A stretch of DNA of 64,000 bases from Planctomycetota bacterium (lineage in GTDB: Bacteria > Planctomycetota > UBA8108 > UBA1146). Shown piece after piece: positions 1 to 9,900 of this stretch. The notes under the pieces were generated by a model. The model was not told the origin of the DNA. It saw only the letters and a program-made list of their open reading frames with translations, and did no database searches. Each line of letters begins with the position of its first letter. Position 1 is the stretch's first letter. The stretch covers positions 15,829 through 79,828 of the forward strand of contig JAAZXB010000012.1 in the NCBI GenBank assembly GCA_014240375.1, given 5' to 3'. The position numbers and the translations under genes were made by a program.

Positions 1-946
1 GGGATCCGAGTCCACCGTTCCAGTTGAGGCTGGTCGCGGCACCATCGGTGTCTCCGGTCAGCGTTCCTGCGACCGTCGAGTATCCCACCTCTGCCACCGT
101 CTCCTCGGCAGTGTAACTGATCGTCTCTGCTCCGATGAAGGAGTAGACACAGCCGATGGTGATCCCGTCAGGATAGATGCTGGACTCTGCGAAACTGGGA
201 CCGTTGCCACCATCGAGGGCGGCGACCGGGCCAACCAGAGTCACCGAGGTCGCCTCGAGAAGGGTGGAATCGTGCCCCAGTCCCATCGAGAAACCCTGAG
301 TGGTGTTGGGGAAAGGGGCTCCGAGGGCACTGTTGTCCGTCTCGGAAACCGAGAGATCGGCAGTGAATCCGGAGATCCCATCGTCGGGATTGTAGGCCGC
401 AGTGACATCGGCGGCGGCGTAAGTGAACGTCGGACCAGGAATGGCGATCACTTCCATGTTGCCGGCATTCTGGGTCGGAACCAGGGATGCGCCGCCGACC
501 ACGGCAACCGTTGTGACCACCGGAGATCCGAGACTGTTGCAGAACTGAACCGGGTAATTACCCGGATTTACAGCACTGTCGATGGCGTAATCGGCACTCG
601 ACATGGTCAGCGTCTGCCCCTCGGGAATCGGGTTACAGCCGGTGAAGCAAATCACCACTCCCTGGGTCCATCCCCCCGGGAAAATCGACGACTGATTGAA
701 ATCGACTCCGTCACTCTCTTCGTTGTGGACGAGGCTGACGCTTCCGATGGAACTGTCATGACACATGCCAAAGGACCAGCCCTGAACTGCACCTCCGGAG
801 CCGGAGTTGTCGAGGGTCGCAGTGATGTTCATGGTGCCACCCGCGGCTGCGGAATCACTTCCGGCGCTGAAGATCTGAGCCTGAAGTGTCGGTGAGCCGA
901 ACAGGCCAAACAGAAGCCCGATCGTGACAAAATACATGCGATACAT
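1..946 (-). CDS. Secreted hypothetical protein (3'-truncated by window edge)
   Basis: My reverse-complement translation from the CAT at 944-946 reads MYRMYFVTIGLLFGLFGSPTLQAQIFSAGSDSAAAGG... A GGAGG lies 7 nt upstream and the N-terminus looks like a signal peptide. The ORF runs off the window start, so the ORF track did not list it. The +strand ORF 272-895 is its antisense. No family recognised. Confidence 0.5.
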   Translation of the reverse strand, partial: MYRMYFVTIGLLFGLFGSPTLQAQIFSAGSDSAAAGGTMNITATLDNSGSGGAVQGWSFGMCHDSSIGSVSLVHNEESDGVDFNQSSIFPGGWTQGVVICFTGCNPIPEGQTLTMSSADYAIDSAVNPGNYPVQFCNSLGSPVVTTVAVVGGASLVPTQNAGNMEVIAIPGPTFTYAAADVTAAYNPDDGISGFTADLSVSETDNSALGAPFPNTTQGFSMGLGHDSTLLEATSVTLVGPVAALDGGNGPSFAESSIYPDGITIGCVYSFIGAETISYTAEETVAEVGYSTVAGTLTGDTDGAATSLNWNGGLGS

Positions 947-1127
947 GAGCAGGATTCCTCCCAGAGAATAACCGTTCGAGGTGCCTACGATACAGGACCG
1001 GCAGGCATAACAAAAACATACTAACCTAGACAATAGGCTTGTTGATAATAGTGCCGGGTGGAGGGTATTGGTGCAAGTAGTTAATGTTAACTTGTGGGCA
1101 CGGAACGGAAAATGGAGCGACATCGGC

Positions 1128-1805
1128 CTAAAATGTGCGAATTGACAGGTTTCTGAATTGCAGGCGGGATCCATGAGACTGCAATTCGATCGCTCCTTTG
1201 TTAATGATCGGCTTTTCTCGGTCCCAGTAGTTCTCCAGCACCACATCATCGACCACTCGTTGGCCGTTGAGATCGACCGTGACCCGCTCTCCCTCCATGC
1301 GGATGCGGAAGTGATTCCACTGCCCGGTGGGAAGGTCGGCGGCGACTTGGGGCCGCGATGCGCCGGACTGGTTGTTGTAGAGACCTCCGGAACCCTCCGG
1401 ATGTTGCGCAATATCCCAGATTTGCACCTGGGGAGAGCCTCTCAGGTAGATGCCGCTATCTCCCCCCGGTTCGATCAGCCACTCCAGCTGCAACTCGAAA
1501 TCGGTGAATTGCTCGATGGTGCACAGGTGCGAGCCGTGGCCATCGAAGATCAGCATCCCCTGATCGACGCTCCAGTGCTCTCTCATCTGCTGGTCTGCCC
1601 GCTGCTGCGCCTCCGCTCGCGCCTCGGGTGCCAGCTGGGCCCGGCTGTAGGGGTTCCCCACCAGCCCCTGCCAGCCGCTCAGCGATTGGCCGTCGAACAG
1701 TGGCTGAAATGGCTCAGAGCGCGGATCGGTGGCGCCGCATCCCACCAGCAGTGAGAGGATCCCGAGCCACAGCAGCGGTGATCGGGCAGCCGTTTTGATC
1801 TTCAT
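1128..1805 (-). CDS. DUF1080 / 3-keto-disaccharide-hydrolase-like family lipoprotein (LamG-like jelly roll)
   Basis: The internal Met start gives MKIKTAARSPLLWLGILSLLVGC, which reads as a lipoprotein signal. The C-terminal KGAIELQSHGSRLQFRNLSIR is the typical end of DUF1080 proteins. The upstream 33 codons of the tracked ORF look non-coding. Confidence 0.7.
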   Translation of the reverse strand: MKIKTAARSPLLWLGILSLLVGCGATDPRSEPFQPLFDGQSLSGWQGLVGNPYSRAQLAPEARAEAQQRADQQMREHWSVDQGMLIFDGHGSHLCTIEQFTDFELQLEWLIEPGGDSGIYLRGSPQVQIWDIAQHPEGSGGLYNNQSGASRPQVAADLPTGQWNHFRIRMEGERVTVDLNGQRVVDDVVLENYWDREKPIINKGAIELQSHGSRLQFRNLSIRTF

Positions 1806-2023
1806 GATGAGTGTCCCCCTGGAGGAATATGGCACGGGAAGCGCCGCGAGACCAGCCCGGTCAGTCGTGGCCCCTCGCGGTCCGATGGCGTACGATCCTT
1901 CCACCGGACTCGAATCCAGTTGCGTTGAACCCCTTCGGGAGGAGTGGTGTATTGTCCGAAAATGGCCATGACGGTGCCGTTCTAGCCCCTCTGGACGGGG
2001 GACTGAAGTTCCGCCTGTCGATC

Positions 2024-3307
2024 ATGATGTTTCTCCAGTACGCCATCTGGGGCGCATGGTTACCGCTGCTGTGGGATCTGTTGATGAACGCCAAGGGCTT
2101 CACCGGTGCCGAGGTGGGGAATATCTTTGCAGTCGGGGCGGTGGGAGCGATCTTCGGCCCCTTCATCGCGGGTCAGGTCGCCGATCGCTGGTTCAGAACC
2201 GAGAGATTTCTGGCCCTCAGCCATCTGATCGGGGGAGGGCTGGCGTGGAAGATGGCCTCGCTCGATGATTACAACACCTTCTTCTGGTACGCCCTGATCT
2301 ATGGCCTGATCTATTCCCCGACACTGGCGCTGACCAACAGCCTCTCCTTCCATCACCTTACCGATCGGGATCGAGATTTCGGCAAGATCCGGTTGTGGGG
2401 TACCGTCGGCTGGATCGTCGCCGGAATCGGCATCGGCCAGTGGCTGTTGCATATGCATGCCGGTGGATCGTCGGATAACGCCAAGGCGCCGGAGGTGTAT
2501 GCGGGCATGGCGGATGCCTTCAGGCTCAGCGGCATCTGCGGCATCACCATGGGTTTCTTCTGTCTGTTCGGATTGCCCAGTACTCCTCCGAGCAAGTCTC
2601 AGGATGGAGACAATGCCACGGTAAAGGCGCTGGGCGAGGTCTCTCGTCAGCCGCTGCTGACGCTGTTTCTCATCGCAGTCCCTGTTTCCTGTATCCACCA
2701 GTTTTACTTCGTTCATACCGCGCCTTTTCTCAACACCATTCAGAGTGAACTGGGTGGCTCCGGGCTGGCCGCGAGCCTCAACTCCATCTTCGGCATTGGC
2801 GGTGGCGGATTGATGACGATCGGCCAGATGTCGGAGATCTTCGTACTGGCGATGATTCCGCTGCTGGCGCTGACGCTGAGTCGCAAGAAGTTACTGATGA
2901 TCGGGTTGCTCGCCTATGCCGCCCGGATGGCGCTCTTCGCCTACGCTCCGATGCTAGGTGGTGTGTACGGCATGTCACTGGTGATCCTCGGGGTGGCGCT
3001 TCATGGATTCTGTTTCGGCTGCTTTATCTTCGTCGCCTTCATGGTGGTCGATGAGGAGTGCTCGACGGATGTTCGGGCCAGCGCCCAGAACCTGTTCAAT
3101 CTGGTGATCATCGGTATCGGCATCATCGTCGGTAGCAAGGTCGCCAGTTCGGTGGCCGAGTGGGCGAGTGCCCGGGTCGCCGATGGAGCCCCTTGGTATG
3201 CAAAGACCACCGAAATGTTCCAGGTACCGATGGCCGCCAGCCTGGTGTGTCTGGTACTGCTGGCTCTGCTGTACCCCTCGACCGGAAAGAAGGAGATGTC
3301 ATCATGA
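2024..3307 (+). CDS. MFS transporter, nucleoside:H+ symporter (NHS, NupG/XapB-like) family
   Basis: [16 protein letters not shown]...[15 protein letters not shown]...[13 protein letters not shown] aligns by eye with the XapB/NupG N-terminal motifs (FLQYxxWGSWL, IVADKW, IRxFGTVGFI). About 12 TM segments. The first 71 codons of tracked ORF 1811-3307 are Arg/Pro-rich and look non-coding, so the start is moved to ATG 2024. The start is uncertain. Confidence 0.7.
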   Translation: MMFLQYAIWGAWLPLLWDLLMNAKGFTGAEVGNIFAVGAVGAIFGPFIAGQVADRWFRTERFLALSHLIGGGLAWKMASLDDYNTFFWYALIYGLIYSPTLALTNSLSFHHLTDRDRDFGKIRLWGTVGWIVAGIGIGQWLLHMHAGGSSDNAKAPEVYAGMADAFRLSGICGITMGFFCLFGLPSTPPSKSQDGDNATVKALGEVSRQPLLTLFLIAVPVSCIHQFYFVHTAPFLNTIQSELGGSGLAASLNSIFGIGGGGLMTIGQMSEIFVLAMIPLLALTLSRKKLLMIGLLAYAARMALFAYAPMLGGVYGMSLVILGVALHGFCFGCFIFVAFMVVDEECSTDVRASAQNLFNLVIIGIGIIVGSKVASSVAEWASARVADGAPWYAKTTEMFQVPMAASLVCLVLLALLYPSTGKKEMSS

Positions 3308-4263
3308 GACCAGAAGATCCCAACTGGAATCGCCGAGAGTTTTTCGGATGGAGTGTTGGATCGTTGGCTGTCATGGCGAGCCTGACCGGCTGTGCAGGCG
3401 TCGGTTACGGCGTCGTGAGTTCCCGCTGGGGAGCCGCTCCGAAGCCGAACTTCGATGTTTCACTGGCGCAGTGGTCCCTGCATCGCACCTTGCGAAGTGG
3501 AACGATGACGAATCTCGACTTCCCGCGCGTGACCCGTGAGGTGTACGGACTGGGCGCGGTCGAATACGTCAATTCTTTCTTCAAGGACAAGGCCAACGAC
3601 ACTGCGTACCTGACCGACTTGAAGAAACGTTGCACGGATCATGATATCCAGAGCCTGCTCATCATGTGCGATGGCGAGGGACGACTGGGGGATCCCGATG
3701 CCGGTGCCAGGAATCAGGCGGTGAAGAATCATCACCGCTGGGTCGACGCTGCGAAGTTCCTCGGTTGCCACTCGATACGGGTCAATGCCGCGAGCGCAGG
3801 GAGTTACGACGAACAGATGAAACTGGCAGCGGACGGATTGTCGTCGCTGACCGAATACGGCGCGGCCCAGGGGCTCAACGTGATCGTCGAGAATCACGGA
3901 GGGCTCTCCTCCAATGGTGCATGGTTGGCCGGGGTGATGAAGATGGTCGATCAGCCTCGCTGTGGAACCTTGCCCGACTTCGGAAACTTCAACCTCGGAG
4001 GTGGCAAGAGTTACGACCGCTACCTCGGTGTCGAGGAATTGATGCCGTACGCCAAGGCGGTCAGCGCCAAGAGTCACGCCTTTGATGAGAAGGGCAACGA
4101 GACTGCGACTGATTACAAGAGAATGATGAAGATCGTCATGGATGCGGGATACAGGGGTTTCGTCGGAATCGAGTTCGAGGGGGGCGGGGATGAAAAAACC
4201 GGCATCCTGGCGACCCGGGACCTGCTGTACCGGATCAAGAACGAATACTCGAGCAGTAGTTGA
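3304..4263 (+). CDS. Tat-exported sugar phosphate isomerase/epimerase (xylose-isomerase-like TIM barrel)
   Basis: ATG 3304 overlaps the MFS stop (ATGA), with AAGGAG 10 nt upstream. [24 protein letters not shown] is a twin-arginine signal. VIVENHGG...LPDFGNF is typical of PF01261-type TIM barrels. Confidence 0.75.
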   Translation: MRPEDPNWNRREFFGWSVGSLAVMASLTGCAGVGYGVVSSRWGAAPKPNFDVSLAQWSLHRTLRSGTMTNLDFPRVTREVYGLGAVEYVNSFFKDKANDTAYLTDLKKRCTDHDIQSLLIMCDGEGRLGDPDAGARNQAVKNHHRWVDAAKFLGCHSIRVNAASAGSYDEQMKLAADGLSSLTEYGAAQGLNVIVENHGGLSSNGAWLAGVMKMVDQPRCGTLPDFGNFNLGGGKSYDRYLGVEELMPYAKAVSAKSHAFDEKGNETATDYKRMMKIVMDAGYRGFVGIEFEGGGDEKTGILATRDLLYRIKNEYSSSS

Positions 4264-4345
4264 AATACTCGATCCGTCGGGCCACTCGATCAGTGGTGAC
4301 GGTCGTGAAGAAATAGCAACAGATCTACCTTGAAGAGGAGACGAA

Positions 4346-5686
4346 ATGAACGATGAAGAAACGATGAAGCCGGCAGGGAATGACCGCCGTGACTTCCTCA
4401 AAGGCGCAGCACTGGCAGCCGGTGCCATCGCCATCAGTGGGAACAGTTTGCTCGGCTCGGAGCGGATCGGTGCCAAGACCGGTGTCATCGGTAGAGCCGC
4501 TCGTCGCACCCCCCTGGGCGACGATGGAGTGGTGCGAATGGGAGTCATCGGGACCGGAGGGATGGGCGGTGGCCACATCGATTCCTTCCTCCGCTTTGCC
4601 ACCCGTGGCGAGGACAAGGTCAAGATCGTTGCAGTCTGCGATGTCAACCATAAGCGCCGCGCTGTTGCCGAGAGTAAGATCAACAAGGCGCAAGGGGATG
4701 AGTGCACCGTCTACAACGATTACCTGGAACTGCTCGCTCGCGATGACATTCACGGAGTGCTGATCGCTTCCCCGGAACACTGGCACGCCCAGATGGCTGA
4801 AGATGCGTTGATGGCGGGCAAGGATGTGTACCTCGAGAAGCCGATGACGCTGCGTTTGCCGGAGGCGTTGCGCCTGCGTCAGGTGGTTCTCAATAACCCC
4901 GATGTGCTGCTCCAGGTCGGTACCCAGAAGATCATGCTGCCGAAGTACAAGGCGGCTCAGGCGATGGTTGCAGAGGGCGCGATCGGCAAGCCGACCTTCA
5001 GTCAGACCTCCTACTGTCGCAACTCCAGAGATGGGGAGTGGAAGTACTACGGCATCGATCCCGAGTGGAAGCCGGGGGTCAATGTCGACTGGGATCGCTG
5101 GTGTGGCCCGGCCGGAGTTCGCGACTGGAACCCGGCATTGTGTGCTCGCTGGCGTCGCTACAAGGATTTCTCGACCGGCATCGTCGGTGACCTGCTGGTT
5201 CACGAGATCACTCCGTTGATGATGGCGCTCGATCAGGGCTGGCCCACTCGGGTGGTGGCCACCGGTGGCCATTACATCGACAAGGCGATGGAAAATCACG
5301 ATCAGGTCAACTTGCAGATCCAGTTCGAGAAGGGGCACACCCTCATCGTGGCGGGGTCGACCTGCAACGAGATGGGTCTCGAGACGATGATCCGGGGCCA
5401 TCAGGGCACCATTTACCTCAACGGGGGCAACTGCAAGATGGTCCCTCAGCGCTTGTTCGCCGACGATGTCGAACCGCAAGAGGTGATCTGCGAGAGCATC
5501 GGCAATGATCAGGATGCGCTTCGTCGTAACTGGCTCGATTGCATTCGCACCCGTCGTCAACCCGATTCCAATGTCGATCTGGGGACCAAGGTGATCGTTG
5601 CGGTCGACCTGGCGACCCGTTCGATGTGGGAGGGCAAGGCGTTCGAGTTCGATCCTTCCTCGATGACTGCCACGAGCATCGGCTAG
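4346..5686 (+). CDS. Tat-exported Gfo/Idh/MocA family oxidoreductase
   Basis: GAGGAG precedes the ATG. The RRDFLKGAALAAGAIA Tat motif is followed by a Rossmann fold (MGVIGTGGMGGGH) and the EKP motif (VYLEKPMT). Confidence 0.85.
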   Translation: MNDEETMKPAGNDRRDFLKGAALAAGAIAISGNSLLGSERIGAKTGVIGRAARRTPLGDDGVVRMGVIGTGGMGGGHIDSFLRFATRGEDKVKIVAVCDVNHKRRAVAESKINKAQGDECTVYNDYLELLARDDIHGVLIASPEHWHAQMAEDALMAGKDVYLEKPMTLRLPEALRLRQVVLNNPDVLLQVGTQKIMLPKYKAAQAMVAEGAIGKPTFSQTSYCRNSRDGEWKYYGIDPEWKPGVNVDWDRWCGPAGVRDWNPALCARWRRYKDFSTGIVGDLLVHEITPLMMALDQGWPTRVVATGGHYIDKAMENHDQVNLQIQFEKGHTLIVAGSTCNEMGLETMIRGHQGTIYLNGGNCKMVPQRLFADDVEPQEVICESIGNDQDALRRNWLDCIRTRRQPDSNVDLGTKVIVAVDLATRSMWEGKAFEFDPSSMTATSIG

Positions 5687-5705
5687 TCGGTCGCGGGGAT
5701 ACGAG

Positions 5706-6608
5706 ATGATGCACAGGGGAGCTCTCCCGGCGATGGGAACTCGATTCGAGATCGTCGCCGGGGGAGCGGATCCCGCTCTTCTACGTGCTGCAGTGGAGGA
5801 AGCCTTCGAGGAGATCTCCACCTGTCATCGGTTGTGGAATGTTTTTTCCAACGACAGCACACTGGCACGAATCGATGCCGAATCTGCCGGTAAACCGGTG
5901 ACCATCGATGGGCTGACACTGGAACTGCTGCAGATCTGTTCCCGACTTCATCAGCAGACTGGCGGTTTCTTTGATCCGGTCATCGGAGCGGACCTGGCGG
6001 CCGGGGATCCGCGTCGCGCTCCGATCTTCGGTGTCGCTCCTCGAGATGGTTTCGGGGGAATCGAACTCGATGCTGCGGCTTCCACTGTACGGCGACACGA
6101 TTCTCGATTGAGGTTCGACCTGGGGGGGATCGCCAAGGGCTTTGCCTGTGATCTGGCCGCCTCGATCCTGCTCGAAGCGGGAGTGGAGTGTGCGTTGATC
6201 CATGGCGGCACCAGTAGCGTGGTGGCGTTGGGAGCGGCTCCGGGAAGGCAGGACTGGTCGATCGAGGTGAAGGGTTACGAGGGGAAGCAGATCGGACTGG
6301 TCGACCGTGCGATGGCGGTCACCTCCGCCGGAGGCGGCGGCGCAGGGGGCCACCTCATCGATCCCTTCAGCGGCGATCGACTCGGGCGTGATCGCGGTGG
6401 AGCGATGGTGGTCGGAGACAGTGCAACCGACTGTGATGGCTGGGCCACCGCACTGACTGTGGCTGGCTTTGAAGGAGATGTGGCCCGACAGATTCCTGCA
6501 ACGATGCAGGGCTATCGGCTCAACAATGAAGAATCGACTCACATGAAACCGGAAGCTGAGGCATCCGTGGAAGAGGAACGATGGAAACGGACCGTAGAGA
6601 TTTCTTGA
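5706..6608 (+). CDS. apbE: FAD:protein FMN transferase ApbE (no signal peptide)
   Basis: The AMGTRFEI (MGT motif), DLGGIAKGFA and AVTSAGGG motifs are characteristic of ApbE. The N-terminus starts directly at the catalytic core with no signal peptide or lipobox. It overlaps the next gene by 28 nt. Confidence 0.75.
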   Translation: MMHRGALPAMGTRFEIVAGGADPALLRAAVEEAFEEISTCHRLWNVFSNDSTLARIDAESAGKPVTIDGLTLELLQICSRLHQQTGGFFDPVIGADLAAGDPRRAPIFGVAPRDGFGGIELDAAASTVRRHDSRLRFDLGGIAKGFACDLAASILLEAGVECALIHGGTSSVVALGAAPGRQDWSIEVKGYEGKQIGLVDRAMAVTSAGGGGAGGHLIDPFSGDRLGRDRGGAMVVGDSATDCDGWATALTVAGFEGDVARQIPATMQGYRLNNEESTHMKPEAEASVEEERWKRTVEIS

Positions 6609-7810
6609 TCCAGAGCGCAGGTGCACTGGCCGGGATGGCACTTCTTCCAGGACTGGAAGCGATGGCGACGAATGTCCCGAAAGGCTATCCGGTTGCCATC
6701 ATCGGCATGGGCCGACAGGGTCGAGCGATTGCCGCAGAGTTGCAGAAACTGGGAGCGGCCATCGTGGCGATCTGTGACCTCGATGAGCCGCGATTGAGAA
6801 GTGCCAGGAGGCGCGTCTCGGATGCCACTCCCTATGCCGATTCGGATTCGTTGCTGACGACCGAGAAGGGAGTGGAGGCGGTCTTCATCGCCACCCCGAC
6901 CCACCAGCATCGGGCGATTGCCGAGGCGGCAGTGGCGGCGGGCAAGCATGTCTACTGCGAGGCGCCGCTGGCACATACCCTCGAGGATGCTCGGGCCATC
7001 GCCTTGGCCGCCCGTTCCAATCCGCGAGTTTTCCAGGTCGGGTTGTTGGCGCGATCCAATCCGGTCTACTCGCTGGCTCGCTCCTTCTTCCGCACCGAGG
7101 CGTTCCTCAAGTTGGTCTCGATGCGCGCCCAGAACTCACGGAAAACCTCCTGGCGTCAAGCGGCCTCGACTGCCGAGCGGCAAGCTCGTCTCGACTGGCG
7201 TCTCGACCCCACCGTGTCGCTCGGATTGCCGGGAGAATGGGGCACCCATCAGTTTGATGTCATTCATTGGTTCACCGGGCAGTATCCCCATCGTGTGTCG
7301 GGAAATGGCGGAGTGTTCGTGTGGGAAGATGGGCGCAAGGTCGCCGATACCGTCAACTTGACCCTCGAGTTTCCCAAGGGCCAGAGTCTCCAGTACCAGG
7401 CGACGCTGGGCAATTCATATGGTGGCCGCTACGAGGTGCTCCATGGCGTCAACTCCGCATTCAAACTGGCCTGGAGTCATGGCTGGATGTTCAAGGAAGC
7501 GGATGCGGCGACGCAGGGCTGGGAAGTCTACGCCAACCGTCAGCGCTTCTTCAATGACGAGGGGATCACCCTCATCGCTGATGCGACCAAACTCGCCAGT
7601 CAGAACAAGTTGAAGGATGGGGTTGGACTCCCCAATGATTCTCTCCATTACGGTGTGGCAGATTTCCTGCTGAGTTGTGCAGAGCAGATGAAGGTCAAGA
7701 CGGGGGTCAGTGAAGGACTGCGAGCGACTGCCGTGGGGATCGCTGCACAGCGTGCGGTGGTCGAGGGTGGCGTGATCGAGATCTCACAGGACGATCTGAA
7801 GGAGGCCTAG
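6581..7810 (+). CDS. Tat-exported Gfo/Idh/MocA family oxidoreductase
   Basis: The RRDFLIQSAGALAGMAL Tat signal is followed by a VAIIGMGRQGRA Rossmann fold and a CEAPLA (EKP-variant) motif. Confidence 0.8.
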   Translation: METDRRDFLIQSAGALAGMALLPGLEAMATNVPKGYPVAIIGMGRQGRAIAAELQKLGAAIVAICDLDEPRLRSARRRVSDATPYADSDSLLTTEKGVEAVFIATPTHQHRAIAEAAVAAGKHVYCEAPLAHTLEDARAIALAARSNPRVFQVGLLARSNPVYSLARSFFRTEAFLKLVSMRAQNSRKTSWRQAASTAERQARLDWRLDPTVSLGLPGEWGTHQFDVIHWFTGQYPHRVSGNGGVFVWEDGRKVADTVNLTLEFPKGQSLQYQATLGNSYGGRYEVLHGVNSAFKLAWSHGWMFKEADAATQGWEVYANRQRFFNDEGITLIADATKLASQNKLKDGVGLPNDSLHYGVADFLLSCAEQMKVKTGVSEGLRATAVGIAAQRAVVEGGVIEISQDDLKEA

Positions 7811-7813
7811 TCG

Positions 7814-8611
7814 ATGGGATCAATGCCAATCGCTGGAGAGGGGCTCAGTTCTCAACCGATGGGCATCCGGACCGGGATCAGCGCCCTGATCGTGGTGCTC
7901 TATATCGGACTCCTCGCCAGTGCGACGCACATGGTGAGTCACTTCGAGAATCGTGATGAACGACCCGGTTTCACCCTGGATGATGTGACCGGCGCGTACC
8001 ACGGTATCGACAGCCCTGGATTGCTCGGTACAGCCCTCGAAAGGGGACATCCGGAGACGCTGCCTGCGGCGCAGAGGGAGTTGCTACTGAGCTGGCTCAC
8101 GGGTGGGCGTATCGTCGAGGATTACGACAGCCTCGACCTGGAAATCCCACCCGCCGAGATCATCGATCTGAGTTGCATCGAATGTCACACCAGGGCCGCC
8201 GGTGCCGCGACCGGCTCGGTGATCCCACCGCTGGAGTACTTCGACGATATCAAGGAGATCGCCTTCTCCCGCAAGGTGCTGCCCACGCCGGTCGAGGTGC
8301 TGGCCGCCTCGACCCATGCCCATGCCCTGGCGCTGTCGATCCAGGGATTGGTGGTGATCGCACTGGCGTGCATGACACGCTGGCGGCGCCGCTGGATCTC
8401 CTTATTGATCGCCATCATGGGGCTGGGACTGGTCGGCGATGTAGGGGGTTGGTGGTTGGCCCGTTTCAGTCCATCCTGGACGCTGTGCATCATCGTCTCG
8501 GGGACGGCATACAGCGTTTCTCAGGGGATCTTGCTCGCCTCGGTGCTGGCGGATCTCTGGTGGCCCGGGGCCAGTACGAGCGGAACAAAACAGCAAACGG
8601 ACACGGAATAG
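7814..8611 (+). CDS. Small polytopic membrane protein with one CXXCH (c-type heme) motif
   Basis: AGGAGG lies 9 nt upstream. I count four hydrophobic helices (ISALIVVLYIGLLASA, LALSIQGLVVIALAC, ISLLIAIMGLGLVG, TLCIIVSGTAYSVSQGILLASVL). SCIECH sits in the loop between TM1 and TM2. No family recognised. Confidence 0.6.
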   Translation: MGSMPIAGEGLSSQPMGIRTGISALIVVLYIGLLASATHMVSHFENRDERPGFTLDDVTGAYHGIDSPGLLGTALERGHPETLPAAQRELLLSWLTGGRIVEDYDSLDLEIPPAEIIDLSCIECHTRAAGAATGSVIPPLEYFDDIKEIAFSRKVLPTPVEVLAASTHAHALALSIQGLVVIALACMTRWRRRWISLLIAIMGLGLVGDVGGWWLARFSPSWTLCIIVSGTAYSVSQGILLASVLADLWWPGASTSGTKQQTDTE

Positions 8612-8616
8612 GAGTC

Positions 8617-9891
8617 ATGATGAGCCAGCAGAAGCCAGGTGCGAGCCGTCGAGAGTTTTTGAAGGGTGCTGCGGTCGCTTCAGCGGCGACCTTGTTGACC
8701 CCCTCACTGTTGCAGGGCAAGGCGCATGCCGATGGCTCGGATGTGATCCGGGTTGGATTGATCGGCTGTGGAGGCCGAGGATCCGGTGCCGCCAACAACT
8801 GCGTGAACTCCTCCGAAGGAGTCAAGATCACCGCGATGGCGGATCTGTTCCGCGACCGTCTCGACTCGAGTCGAAACAACCTCAAGGGGCTGGGGGATCG
8901 CTTCGATGTTCCCGAGGAGCGCTGCTTCGTCGGCTTTGATGCCTACCAGCAACTGCTCGACTCCGGTGTCGACATGGTGATCCTGGCGACGCCTCCCGGA
9001 TTCAGACCGATCCACTTCGAGGCGGCTGTGGCTGCGGGTAAGCATGTCTTCATGGAGAAGCCGGTCGCCACCGATGGGCCGGGAATCCGCAAGGTACTGG
9101 CTGCCGCCAAGGTCGCCAAGCGCAAGGGGCTGGCGGTGGTCGCCGGAACCCAGCGTCGTCATCAGAAGAGCTATATCGAAACGATGCAGCAGATCCACGA
9201 CGGTGCCATCGGAGAACTGGTCGGCGCTCAGGTCTACTGGAATCAGGGGGGACTGTGGGTGACGCGTCAAACCCCGCAGATGTCCGACATGGAGTGGCAG
9301 GTGAGAAACTGGCTCTACTTTGCCTGGGCCAGCGGCGATCACATCGTCGAGCAGCACATCCACAACATCGATGTGATGAACTGGGCCTTCGGTGGACCTC
9401 CCGAGAAGGCCAACGCCATGGGTGGCCGCCAGGTGCGTACCGGTCCGGAGTACGGCCATATCTTCGACCACTTCGCAGTCGAGTACGTCTACCCGGGTGG
9501 AGTGAGAACCCTCAGTGAATGCCGTCAGATCGACGGCTGCTGGAACCGGGTTTCGGAGAAGATCATCGGCACCAAAGGGGTCGCCAATCCCTCCGGACGC
9601 ATCACCGGCGAAAAGAACTGGAGCGCCCCTGGCGGTGGAAGAAACGCCTATGTTCAGGAACATGCCGATCTGATCGCCAGTATCCGCGCCAATGAACCGC
9701 TGAATGAGGCGGAGCGGGTCGCGATGAGTACCCTGACCGCCATCATGGGTCGGATGAGTGCTTACACCGGCAAGGAAGTCACCCTCGAGTTCGCACTCAA
9801 CTCGCAGAACAGCCTGCACCCCGAGAAGTGGCAGTTTGGTGATCTGGCGCTGCCTGCAGTTGCGATCCCCGGACGCACGGCTCTGGTCTAG
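8617..9891 (+). CDS. Tat-exported Gfo/Idh/MocA family oxidoreductase
   Basis: AGGAG is 4 nt upstream of the ATG. The SRREFLKGAAVASAATLL Tat signal is followed by a VGLIGCGGRGSGAA Rossmann fold and the FMEKPVA (EKP) motif. The tracked ORF 8173-9891 extends upstream as an in-frame read-through of gene 7814-8611 and was trimmed. Confidence 0.85.
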   Translation: MMSQQKPGASRREFLKGAAVASAATLLTPSLLQGKAHADGSDVIRVGLIGCGGRGSGAANNCVNSSEGVKITAMADLFRDRLDSSRNNLKGLGDRFDVPEERCFVGFDAYQQLLDSGVDMVILATPPGFRPIHFEAAVAAGKHVFMEKPVATDGPGIRKVLAAAKVAKRKGLAVVAGTQRRHQKSYIETMQQIHDGAIGELVGAQVYWNQGGLWVTRQTPQMSDMEWQVRNWLYFAWASGDHIVEQHIHNIDVMNWAFGGPPEKANAMGGRQVRTGPEYGHIFDHFAVEYVYPGGVRTLSECRQIDGCWNRVSEKIIGTKGVANPSGRITGEKNWSAPGGGRNAYVQEHADLIASIRANEPLNEAERVAMSTLTAIMGRMSAYTGKEVTLEFALNSQNSLHPEKWQFGDLALPAVAIPGRTALV

Positions 9892-9900
9892 GGGGCAGCG

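Noticed and set aside
272-895. 207-aa +strand ORF at the window start
   Set aside because: It is antisense to a better-supported minus-strand gene (1-946) that has a clear Shine-Dalgarno, ATG and signal peptide. Its translation is Gly/Arg-rich low-complexity typical of a high-GC wrong frame.
1158-1754. 198-aa +strand ORF
   Set aside because: It lies fully inside, and antisense to, the DUF1080 gene. It has no family features.
1811-2023. N-terminal 71 codons of tracked MFS ORF 1811-3307
   Set aside because: It is Arg/Pro-rich and non-membrane, unlike NHS-family N-termini, and would leave only 5 nt to the divergent gene start. The start was moved to ATG 2024.
3460-5821. Long minus-strand ORFs (3460-4707, 4325-5821)
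   Set aside because: They are antisense to the Tat TIM-barrel and Gfo/Idh/MocA genes, which have recognisable motifs and ribosome binding sites. They are typical high-GC shadow ORFs.
8173-8616. 5' extension of tracked ORF 8173-9891
   Set aside because: It overlaps gene 7814-8611 in another frame. The ATG at 8617 has an AGGAG Shine-Dalgarno and begins exactly at the Tat signal.
8704-9819. 371-aa minus-strand ORF
   Set aside because: It is antisense to the Gfo/Idh/MocA gene 8617-9891.
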